Below are positions 46,778-57,686 of a DNA stretch of 64,000 nt, piece by piece. Where the stretch lies: assembly GCA_965240325.2 (NCBI GenBank), contig OZ260671.1:31031-95030 (forward strand), written 5' to 3'. The DNA comes from Rebecca billardiae RCC1528. Taxonomy: Eukaryota > Protista > Haptophyta. The position numbers and the translations under genes were made by a program. Each line of letters opens with the position of its first letter. The stretch's first letter is position 1. Under the pieces are notes generated by a model, which saw only the letters and a list, made by a program, of their open reading frames with translations, was not told the origin of the DNA and did no database searches.

Positions 46778-47887
46778 TTACAACCACTCGAAGGTCCAAT
46801 TGTTTTTATTTAAAGTAGGAGGGGCCGTATTAACTGTTAAAGGTTCTAAAAGTTTGTCATCAAAAATATGTAAGTATTGAAAGTTAGAAAATTTACATTC
46901 AACTACTTGGCGAAAATTATTTGAATTGTAAACTCGGATCTGGTGATCTAAGCGATAAGTATGAAGTATTTGGTCGACTGCTTTTTCTATATTAGGATGA
47001 ACTGCCCAAGTCTTAGGATCTGAGATTTCTAAGCCTATCTTAAAAGCAGGCCGAGCTTTGCGTTCTAGAACGCTTTTTTGTGTACCGCGATGACGCGCCT
47101 CTTCGTCTCCTAAAGTAACATATTGTATACCACCAATGAGGTCTGAAAGAGTAGGGTTCTTTATTAAACTTTCAAGCGAATTTCCGTGAGCAGTACCAAT
47201 CAACTTAACACCACGTTCTGCTATTGTACGGGCAGCTAATGCTTCTAACTCAGTGCTTATTTCATCAATAATAATGACTTGAGGCATATGGTTTTCAACC
47301 GCTTCAATCATTACATTATGTTGTAATTCAGGGTGAGAAACTTGCATACGGCGAGCACTACCAATAGCTGGGTGAGGAATGTCACCATCACCGGCAATTT
47401 CATTAGAAGTATCAATAATAATAACTCTTTTACCCATTTCATCAGAAAGAATTCTTGATATTTCACGAATAGCCGTTGTCTTACCTACACCGGGCTTACC
47501 TAAAATAAGTATAGACTCTTCTTCCTCTAACAAATCTCGAATAATACTAATAACGCCTAAGACTGCACGACCTACACGACAAGTTAAGCCAATGATGACA
47601 TTTTCACGGTTTCTAATAGAACTAATGCGGTGCAAAGTTCGTTCAATACCAGCACGGTTATCTGCGCTGAATTTACCAACACGTTTAATTAAAAAATCAA
47701 TATCTTTCCAAACAATTAAATGATCTGATAAAAAAACTGGGCGGTCTAAAAATCTAGCTTCAGGCATACGACCGAGATCAAGAACAACCTCAACCAATGA
47801 ATCAATATCCTTATCATTCTTCAAAGAGTTTTGAACAAATTGTGGCAAAACCTTTAAAAGGTTTTCAAAATCTTCAGCAATTAACAT
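46778..47887 (-). CDS. ycf45: Ycf45 (SpoIIIAA-like AAA ATPase)
   Basis: DNRAGIERTLHRIS, GKPGVGKTT, DTSNEIAGDGDIPHP, IEAVENHMP. Confidence 0.95.
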   Translation of the reverse strand: MLIAEDFENLLKVLPQFVQNSLKNDKDIDSLVEVVLDLGRMPEARFLDRPVFLSDHLIVWKDIDFLIKRVGKFSADNRAGIERTLHRISSIRNRENVIIGLTCRVGRAVLGVISIIRDLLEEEESILILGKPGVGKTTAIREISRILSDEMGKRVIIIDTSNEIAGDGDIPHPAIGSARRMQVSHPELQHNVMIEAVENHMPQVIIIDEISTELEALAARTIAERGVKLIGTAHGNSLESLIKNPTLSDLIGGIQYVTLGDEEARHRGTQKSVLERKARPAFKIGLEISDPKTWAVHPNIEKAVDQILHTYRLDHQIRVYNSNNFRQVVECKFSNFQYLHIFDDKLLEPLTVNTAPPTLNKNNWTFEWL

Positions 47888-48018
47888 AGAAAAATAAATT
47901 GTTTTTAAGTTAATTATGACCTAGTTAATAAAAAAATACTAAATAAACAAACTTTTATTTAGTGAAAAGAAAGTGAATTGTATTAAATTGTTCTATAATT
48001 ATATGTAGCGTGAATTAA

Positions 48019-48288
<270 letters not shown>

Positions 48289-48356
48289 AAGAAAAAGTAG
48301 CTACGTTTTGTTTTCATTTTTAAAGATGAAAACAAAACATAAAAAAAATATATATA

Positions 48357-48632
48357 TTAAATAGCAGCAGAAATTCTAGGGATAGCATCAATTAATATTT
48401 GAATTACTAAAAAAGCAAATAATGGTGAAAGATCCATTCCTAAAAATACGGGTAAAATACCTCTAAAAAGCCTTAAATACGGGTCTGTTACCCTAACAAG
48501 AGAATAAAAAGGTTGGTCATAAAATGAAACATTCGGAAACCAGTAAAGTAATATTCTCATAATAAGCATTAAAAAGTATATTTTTAAAAAATAAACAAAA
48601 GACCTTAAAAGTAAAGTAAAGCCTATGTCCAT
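48357..48632 (-). CDS. ycf19: YGGT-family protein Ycf19
   Basis: WFPNV..QPF..LVRVTDPYLRLFRGILP..GMDLSP. Confidence 0.93.
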   Translation of the reverse strand: MDIGFTLLLRSFVYFLKIYFLMLIMRILLYWFPNVSFYDQPFYSLVRVTDPYLRLFRGILPVFLGMDLSPLFAFLVIQILIDAIPRISAAI

Positions 48633-48730
48633 AACTATCCACCTTTTTTAGAAAATTTTACAATTAAGATATGGTAATATTCTAACATTAAAATATAGAT
48701 AAGCTTTATAAATAATATCAAAGATGCATC

Positions 48731-48745
48731 TAGGTCGCCCGGGAC

Positions 48746-48778
<33 letters not shown>

Positions 48779-48802
48779 ACTCTACCATTGAGTTAGCGAC
48801 CC
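48731..48802 (-). tRNA. trnK: tRNA-Lys(TTT)
   Basis: Minus strand TCGG-CTTTTAA-CCGA. Confidence 0.97.
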
Positions 48803-48892
48803 TAAATAATCATAAATAGATTCTATATTGTTTGAATGATAATTTCAAGTAAAAAGAATAAAAAGTTGAGTTATTTTCTTATTTTATAAAAA

Positions 48893-49011
48893 ACTCGATC
48901 TTAGTTTATTTTCACAGAAAGTCCCCCTTCTACTATCTTAACCACAGCAAGCCTTAACTATTGAGTTCGGGATGGTATCACAGTGTTTTTCTTGCCTCGC
49001 GAAGATCGAGT
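48893..49011 (-). rRNA. rrf: 5S rRNA, highly divergent
   Basis: 119 nt directly 3' of 23S; closing helix ACTCGATCTT/AAGATCGAGT; loop C motif CCATCCCGAAC. Confidence 0.9.
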
Positions 49012-49028
49012 ATAAAAAGAAATAATTA

Positions 49029-49155
49029 AGTCAAGTTTTCGGTCTATTAGTATATCTCAGCTAAATGCATTACTGCACGTACACTTGATACCTATCAAAC
49101 GGTTAGTCTAACCGTGACCTTAATCCTTTAAGGATGAGAGCACTCATCTTGAGTA

Positions 49156-49191
<36 letters not shown>

Positions 49192-49313
49192 CTACACATA
49201 GCTACCCAGCGTTTACTGTTGGCACAATAACTGGTACACCAGAGGTGTATCTTTCCCGGTCCTCTCGTACTAAGGAAAGCTTCTCTCAATGCTCTAACGC
49301 CTACACCGGATAT

Positions 49314-49361
<48 letters not shown>

Positions 49362-49397
49362 CATGGGCGAACAGCCCAACCCTTGGGACGTACTACC

Positions 49398-49438
<41 letters not shown>

Positions 49439-49642
49439 TCCGTCGATATGAACTCTTGGGAGAGATCAGCCTGTTATCCCTAGAGTAACTTTTATCCGTT
49501 GAGCGACACTCCTTCCACTCGGTAGTGTCGGATCACTAAGGCCGACTTTCGTCTTTGCTCGACTTGTAGGTCTCGCAATCAAGCTTCCTTATACCTTTGC
49601 GCTCGAAGGTTGATTTCCAACCAACCTGAGGAAACCTTTGCA

Positions 49643-49692
<50 letters not shown>

Positions 49693-49943
49693 AAAATGGT
49701 CCCTCAGCCGGATAACGGTCTGAGGTTAGAATTCTAGTCTTACAAGAGTGGTATCTCACGAATGACTCCAGAACCCCCGAAGAGATTCCTTCTTAGTCTC
49801 CCACCTATTCTGCGCATGCAAAACGTGAAAACAATTTCAAGCTACAGTAAAGCTTCATAGGGTCTTTTTGTCCAGGTGCAGGTAGTCCGCCTCTTCACAG
49901 ACATGTCTATTTCGCCGAGTCTCTCTCTGAGACAGTGCTCAGA

Positions 49944-50036
<93 letters not shown>

Positions 50037-50799
50037 TAGTTATCAGCTTCTTCAAAGAATAACCAACTTCTTAAACCTTCCGGCACTGGGCAGGCGTCAG
50101 CCTCCATACATCGTTTTACAACTTAGCGGAGACCTGTGTTTTTGATAAACAGTCGCCTGAGCCTGGATTTTGCAACCCTTTGCAGGGTACCTCTTCTTCC
50201 GAAGTTACGAGGTCATTTTGCCGAGTTCCTTAGAGAGAGTTATCTCGCGTCCCTTGGTATACTCTACCTACCTACCTGTGTCGGTTTCGGGTACAGGTCT
50301 TTATTACTTAAGATATTAAAAGCTTTTCTTGGAAGCCGGACTTTAACTCATTCGGTATAATTACTATACCTACCCATCATGCCTTAGCTCAAGACGTTTT
50401 CACCGTCTCTCAACACCTCGAACACTTAGACCGATAACCAACATTCGGCGAGTATGGCCTTCTTCGTCCCTCTATATCAGTAATAAAAAGTACAGGAATA
50501 TTAACCTGTTGTCCATCGCCTACGCTTTTCCGCCTCGGCTTAGGTCCTGACTAACCCCCCGCGGACGAGCCTTCCGGAGGAACCCTTAGGTTTTCGGGAT
50601 ATTGGATTCCCACCAATATTTTCGCTACTCAAACCAACATTCTCACTTCTATCCAATCCACACCCACTTTCGTTAGTGCTTCAATTCGGTATAGAACGCT
50701 CCCCTACCGATATTTATGTTATATCCTACAGCTTCGGCATATGACTTAGCCCCGTACATTTTCGGCGCAGGATCACTCGAACAGTGAGCTATTACGCAC

Positions 50800-50836
<37 letters not shown>

Positions 50837-51395
50837 TTGTTTCAGAATTCCCACCTCCTTTATCACTTAGTCATAATTTAGGGGCCTTAGCTAGTAGTCT
50901 GGGCTGTTTCCCTCTTGACAATGGAGCTTATCCCCCACAGTCTGACTGGTTAACTATAAATGTTCAGTATTCTTAGTTTGCTACGATTTGGTACCGCGTT
51001 AGCAGCCCGCACCGAAACAGTGCTTTACCCCTGAACTCAAACATTAACCGCTGTGCCAAAACACATTTCGGGGAGAACCAGCTAGCTCCGGATTCGATTG
51101 GCATTTCACCCCTAACCACAACTCATCCGCTGTTTTTTCAACAACAGTCGGTTCGTACCTCCACTTAGTGTTACCCAAGTTTCACACTGGCCATGGTTAG
51201 ATCATCCGGGTTCGGGTCTGTAAATAGTGACGACGCCCTATTAAGGCTCGCTTGCACTGTGGCTCCGGTATAACCTTAACCTGCCACTACCTACAAGTCG
51301 CCGGCTCATACTTCAACAGGAACGAAGTTAGACGTTATAGTCGTCCTTCTACTGCTTGTAAGCTTTCGGTTTCATGTTCTTTTCACTCCCCTCCC

Positions 51396-51429
<34 letters not shown>

Positions 51430-51909
51430 GCACTATCGATCATTCAGTAATATTTAGTCTTACGAGGTGGTCCTCGCAGATTCAAAGGGGGCTTCACTTA
51501 TCCCCTCCTACTTGGGAAAAAGACAAATATTTTATTTTGTTTTCGATGACAAGGCTATCACTTTCTATGGCGCGTTATTCCAAACGCTTTATCTAACAAT
51601 TAAAAATATTTTTAAAGTCTCTCCCACAACCCTAAACTTATATGTTTAGTTTAGACTGTTCCCGTTTCGCTCGCCGCTACTAAGAGAATCGCTATTGCTT
51701 TCTTTTCCTCCGGTTACTTAGATGTTTCAGTTCACCGGGTTCGCTCTTTTTAATCTATATATTCGAAAAAAAAGTATTAAGAGTTTCCTCATTCGGGAAT
51801 CTCCGGATCTAAGCTTGTTTCCAGCTCCCCGAAGTGTTTCGTCGGTAACCACGCCCTTCATCGCTTCTGAATGTCTAGGTATCCACCCAAAGCTCTTATT
51901 AACTTGACT
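49029..51909 (-). rRNA. rrl: 23S rRNA (ends approximate)
   Basis: Sarcin-ricin loop AGTACGAGAGGACC and peptidyl transferase motifs; ends flanked by a 21-bp inverted repeat (49017-49037 / 51901-51921). Confidence 0.98.
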
Positions 51910-51936
51910 TAATTATTTCTTTATTTTTTTTTTGTT

Positions 51937-52009
51937 TGGAGATAAGCGGATTCGAACCGCTGACATCTGCCGTGCAAAGGCAGCGCTCTACCAACTGAGC
52001 TATATCCCC
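51937..52009 (-). tRNA. trnA: tRNA-Ala(TGC)
   Basis: rRNA spacer; GGGGATA acceptor with G3:U70; intronless. Confidence 0.98.
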
Positions 52010-52012
52010 GGT

Positions 52013-52039
52013 TGGGCTATTCTGGATTTGAACCAGAGT

Positions 52040-52086
<47 letters not shown>
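52013..52086 (-). tRNA. trnI: tRNA-Ile(GAT)
   Basis: rRNA spacer; CTGATAA loop; intronless. Confidence 0.98.
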
Positions 52087-52130
52087 AACACAAATTGTGT
52101 TGATTTCAGGATTGTTTTTTTTGTCTCCTT

Positions 52131-52243
52131 AAAGGAGGTGATCCAGCCGCACCTTCCAGTACGGCTACCTTGTTACGACTTCACCCCAGTCATCAGCCCT
52201 ACCTTAGGCGAACCCTTGCGGGTAACGACTTTGGGTATGACCA

Positions 52244-52286
<43 letters not shown>

Positions 52287-52545
52287 AATTCACCGCCGTA
52301 TGCTGACCGGCGATTACTAGCGATTCCAGCTTCATGCAGGCGAGTTTCAGCCTGCAATCCGAACTTAGGCTAAGTTTGTGAGATTTGCTAGCTTTCGCAA
52401 GTTTGCTTCTCTTTGTCTTAACCATTGTAGCACGTGTGTAGCCCAAGATATAAGGGGCATGCTGACTTGACGTCATCCTTACCTTCCTCCCGCTTTTCAC
52501 GGGCAGTATCTTTATAGTCCCCCACTTAAGAATGGCAAATAAAGA

Positions 52546-52611
<66 letters not shown>

Positions 52612-52696
52612 CCACCTGTATCTAGGTTCCCGAAGGCACTTTCTCGATTAAGAGAAATTCCTAGTATGTCAAATCTTGGTAAGGTTCTTCGCGTTG

Positions 52697-52758
<62 letters not shown>

Positions 52759-52848
52759 CACTTGCGTGCGTACTCCCCAGGCGGGATACTTAACGCGTTA
52801 GCTACGACACCGCAGGTAAACCCGCAACATCTAGTATCCATCGTTTAC

Positions 52849-52883
<35 letters not shown>

Positions 52884-53359
52884 ACCCTAGCTTTCGTCTC
52901 TGAGTGTCAGTAATGGCCCAGTAGGACGCCTTCGCTAATGGTGTTCTTCCTAATATCTACGCATTTCACCGCTACACTAGAAATTCCTCCTACCCCTACC
53001 ATACTCAAGTTTAGCAGTTTCTGTCGCACCCCTGAAGTTGAGCTTCAGTTTTTAACAACAGACTTACTAAACCACCTGCAGACGCTTTACGCCCAGTGAT
53101 TCCGGATAACGCTTGCATCTCCCGTATTACCGCGGCTGCTGGCACGGAATTAGCCGATGCTTATTCCCCAAGTACCGTCAGAACTTCTTCCTTGGGAAAA
53201 GAGGTTTACGACCCACGAGCCTTCATCCCTCACGCGGTATTGCTCCGTCAGGCTTTCGCCCATTGCGGAAAATTCCCCACTGCTGCCTCCCGAAGGAGTC
53301 TGGGCCGTATCTCAGTCCCAGTGTGGCTGCTCATCCTCTCAGACCAGCTACTGATCGTG

Positions 53360-53395
<36 letters not shown>

Positions 53396-53552
53396 AGACG
53401 CGAGCTCATCTCCAGGCAGATTATTAAATCTATTTCACCAAAGGCATATGGGGTCTTTTATACCCCTCCTAGAGGCAGATTCTCACGTGTTACTCACCCG
53501 TTCGCTACTCAAATTTAAAAAATTTGCGTTCAACTTGCATGTGTTAGGCATA

Positions 53553-53588
<36 letters not shown>

Positions 53589-53591
53589 AAA
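52131..53591 (-). rRNA. rrs: 16S rRNA (ends approximate)
   Basis: AGAGTTTGATCCTGGCTCAG at 5' end, GTGCCAGCAGCCGCGGTAA, anti-SD ATCACCTCCTTT at 3' end. Confidence 0.99.
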
Positions 53592-53675
53592 TTTATATTC
53601 TTTGTTTTTAATTATTTTTCCTGTCCTCTTTAAAGATTTCATCAATCAAATTGAATCAACCTTCGTATGATTAGT

Positions 53676-53704
53676 AGAATACAATAGAAAATTAAAAAAG
53701 TCAA
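53676..53704 (-). promoter_or_regulatory. Probable rRNA operon promoter
   Basis: Minus strand TTGACT-17 nt-TATTCT about 85 nt upstream of 16S. Confidence 0.65.
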
Positions 53705-53836
53705 ATTTTTTAAAAATTTTTATTGAATGGATGTAGAAATCCCTTTTAATAACTGAAGAATACAATTTTATTTATAGGTTGAGAAGATCGTGTTTTATAG
53801 AAAAAAACTAAATATTTTCTTTATTTAAGAATAAAT

Positions 53837-53865
53837 TTGACAAAGTTTTTAATTGTTATTAGAAT
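53837..53865 (+). promoter_or_regulatory. Near-consensus sigma70 promoter facing the TA tract
   Basis: TTGACA-17 nt-TAGAAT. Confidence 0.55.
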
Positions 53866-53881
53866 CTCTTTTTAAAAGAAC

Positions 53882-53960
53882 TATATAAATATACATATAT
53901 ATATATATATATAAATATATTAATATTATTTAATTAAATATAATATATTATTAGATATAA
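53882..53960. repeat. (TA)n microsatellite and nearly pure AT palindromic tract
   Basis: ATATATATATATATATAT run plus ATATTATTTAATTAAATA(T)AATAT. Confidence 0.85.
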
Positions 53961-54194
53961 AAAATGTATTCTTTTTATCTTTTTCATAAACTTTTCGGAA
54001 TTTAATTTTCTATACTTTTTTCCTTTTTTAAATTATCTAAAATTTCAGATAGTTATTTTTGGTTTCGAGTCTCAAATTATTAATTTAATAAAAAATAAAA
54101 AAATTGTTTGCCTACCTACAAAATTTCTTTTATAAGTTTTTTGTGCTAAAATAAATTGATAAATCTTTATTATATTCTTGCGAACTAATTAAAA

Positions 54195-54299
54195 ATGATC
54201 AATTGGCAAACTGTTGGGCAAATCTTATCTATTGCACTTATCGGTCTTGCAGGCCCTGCAATTATTGTAGCCCTTTCTTTTAAAAGTGGGAATCTTTAA
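54195..54299 (+). CDS. ycf12: Photosystem II Psb30/Ycf12 (not in ORF track)
   Basis: Manual translation MINWQTVGQILSIALIGLAGPAIIVALSFKSGNL. Confidence 0.96.
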   Translation: MINWQTVGQILSIALIGLAGPAIIVALSFKSGNL

Positions 54300-54368
54300 G
54301 TTTTTCATAAAACAAAATATTAACTGCAATAGTTTTTGTTGTAGTTAATATATATTTTTTCTTTTTAT

Positions 54369-54451
54369 TGGGCCGAGTAGGATTTGAACCTACGTAGGTA
54401 ATAACCGACGGATTTACAATCCGTTCCCTTTAACCACTCGGGCATCGACCC
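54369..54451 (-). tRNA. trnY: tRNA-Tyr(GTA)
   Basis: Minus strand ACGGA-TTGTAAA-TCCGT; variable arm. Confidence 0.97.
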
Positions 54452-54455
54452 TTTT

Positions 54456-54529
54456 TAGGCGAGGAGGGACTTGAACCCCCGACACTTTGGTTCGTAGCCA
54501 AATACTCTAATCCACTGAGCTACACGCCC
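54456..54529 (-). tRNA. trnR: tRNA-Arg(ACG)
   Basis: Minus strand TTTGG-CTACGAA-CCAAA. Confidence 0.96.
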
Positions 54530-54560
54530 TTTCTGATGAAATTCATCGAAATATATATCT

Positions 54561-54589
54561 AATATATAGGTATATATTAAATATGTCAA
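54561..54589 (-). promoter_or_regulatory. Sigma70-type promoter of trnR-trnY
   Basis: Minus strand TTGACA-17 nt-TATATT. Confidence 0.65.
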
Positions 54590-54700
54590 ATAATTTTTGG
54601 TTTGATCTACACTTATGTTAGAATCTATACCATAGTCGGGCTATATAAGGTTAGCTTTTAAGGGTTTTTATTGAACTTAGTTTCATAAAAAATTACTTAA

Positions 54701-56173
<1,473 letters not shown>

Positions 56174-56206
56174 TTAATAATTAAAAAAAAAACCAGGCCT
56201 TACTAT

Positions 56207-56611
56207 ATGATATTAAATATAAAAATTATCGCTCCTGACCGTACTGTTTGGGAGACAGAGGCTGAAGAGGCTATACTACCTAGTAGTACTGGGCAAATTG
56301 GTATTCTTACTGGGCACGCCCCTTTACTAACTGCGTTAGATATTGGAGTTATGCGTGTTCGTGTTCAAGATAAATGGGTTCCTTTAGCTTTAATGGGTGG
56401 GTTTGTTGAAGTTGAAAATGACAATTTAACCTTACTTATTAATGCTGCAGAACAAGGTTCTTCTATTGATCTAAGTACTGCAGAATCTGATTTAGAGAAA
56501 GCTATAGCTCTTTCTAATGAAGCTACTTCACCTAAAAAGACAATGGAAGCTAAAAGAAGTATCGCAAAGGCTCGTACACGATTACAAGCAGCTACTTTAG
56601 CTAAAGCGTAG
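56207..56611 (+). CDS. atpE: ATP synthase CF1 epsilon subunit
   Basis: LPSSTGQIGILTGHAPLLTAL; follows atpB. Confidence 0.98.
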   Translation: MILNIKIIAPDRTVWETEAEEAILPSSTGQIGILTGHAPLLTALDIGVMRVRVQDKWVPLALMGGFVEVENDNLTLLINAAEQGSSIDLSTAESDLEKAIALSNEATSPKKTMEAKRSIAKARTRLQAATLAKA

Positions 56612-56691
56612 TTCTTTTCCTTCAATTTTTATACGAGGTTAAGTTATGGTTTTTACCATAGCTTAGCCTTTTATAGCCCTTCCTTTATTTT

Positions 56692-57369
56692 ATGGATAAA
56701 ATCAAAGTAGTTTTATACACTTTCGACCAAAATCTTTTTCATATTATTTTTTCTCGTCTTGTCTTTTTGGGCTTTGAACCATGTAATATCTTTTGGTCTT
56801 TACTTCCTTGGAGTACATTTATTCAGGAAAAACCTAGTTTAATTATTTTAGATGAAAAATTTTTATTAAAAAAAAGCGCCGAATTTTTAGCCTTTGTTAA
56901 TGGGAATTTTAATACACCAATACTGCTTATTTCTGAAAATGAATGTTTAAAAGCAAATATTTTAAATGAGTATATTAGTGCATCTCTGACTAAACCTTTT
57001 TTACTAAAATATTTCGATTGTAAAGTCCTATCTATTTTAGGTTTTTTACAGAGGAAGCCGAAAGCCAGGTTTGCGATGTGCCGTACCCTTGAATTACATG
57101 TTGAAAAATCTTTTATTAAAATAGATTCTAACCTTATTCCTTTAACTAAAACAGAGTTAGATATTTTATCATTACTTTTAAAGTTACCTTACTTAAACTC
57201 TACAAAAGCTTCGGTTTTAAAAGAAGTTTGGGATTACAGTGACGTGTGGTCATTAAAATCCAATATTTTAGAAATGCATATTTCTAAATTAAAATTAAAA
57301 CTTTCTCCATTTTTTAATGACTTTTCGGTTTTAAGTAAAAAAGAAACAATAATTAGACTTTTTTCTTAA
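56692..57369 (+). CDS. Divergent OmpR/RpaB (Ycf27)-like response regulator
   Basis: Receiver motifs PSLIILD, TPILLIS, LTKPF; winged-helix motifs LTKTELDILSLL, VLKEVWDY, MHISKLKLKL. Confidence 0.75.
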   Translation: MDKIKVVLYTFDQNLFHIIFSRLVFLGFEPCNIFWSLLPWSTFIQEKPSLIILDEKFLLKKSAEFLAFVNGNFNTPILLISENECLKANILNEYISASLTKPFLLKYFDCKVLSILGFLQRKPKARFAMCRTLELHVEKSFIKIDSNLIPLTKTELDILSLLLKLPYLNSTKASVLKEVWDYSDVWSLKSNILEMHISKLKLKLSPFFNDFSVLSKKETIIRLFS

Positions 57370-57379
57370 TTTTTTATTA

Positions 57380-57464
57380 TAGGGATGGAGGGACTTGAAC
57401 CCTCACGACCAAATTAGGTCAACAGATTTTAAGTCTGTTGTGTCTACCATTCCACCACATCCCC
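57380..57464 (-). tRNA. trnL: tRNA-Leu(TAA), no group I intron
   Basis: Minus strand ACAGA-CTTAAAA-TCTGT; variable arm. Confidence 0.97.
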
Positions 57465-57686
57465 TAAAACTATACTTTGATATTACACTACTTTGTTCAA
57501 AAAGTGTTAATTTTTTGATCTTTTATATTCTTTAAAATAGCTACAAAACTTTTTGTATAAGTTATACATAATATAATCGCACCTAACTTTGGGTTTTTAA
57601 CTATCTTGCTTAATTTTTGGATATAAAACATTTTGATTTTTTAATTGGGCAAATTAAGAGGGTTCTTTAAAAACCCCCCTAATTTA

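Noticed and set aside
49134-53633. Many 60-114 aa ORFs in the ORF track across the rRNA operon
   Set aside because: They are chance frames on or antisense to 16S and 23S rRNA, with no protein motifs.
57380-57464. Group I intron in trnL(UAA), or introns elsewhere
   Set aside because: The anticodon loop is contiguous, and all protein genes read through without interruption.
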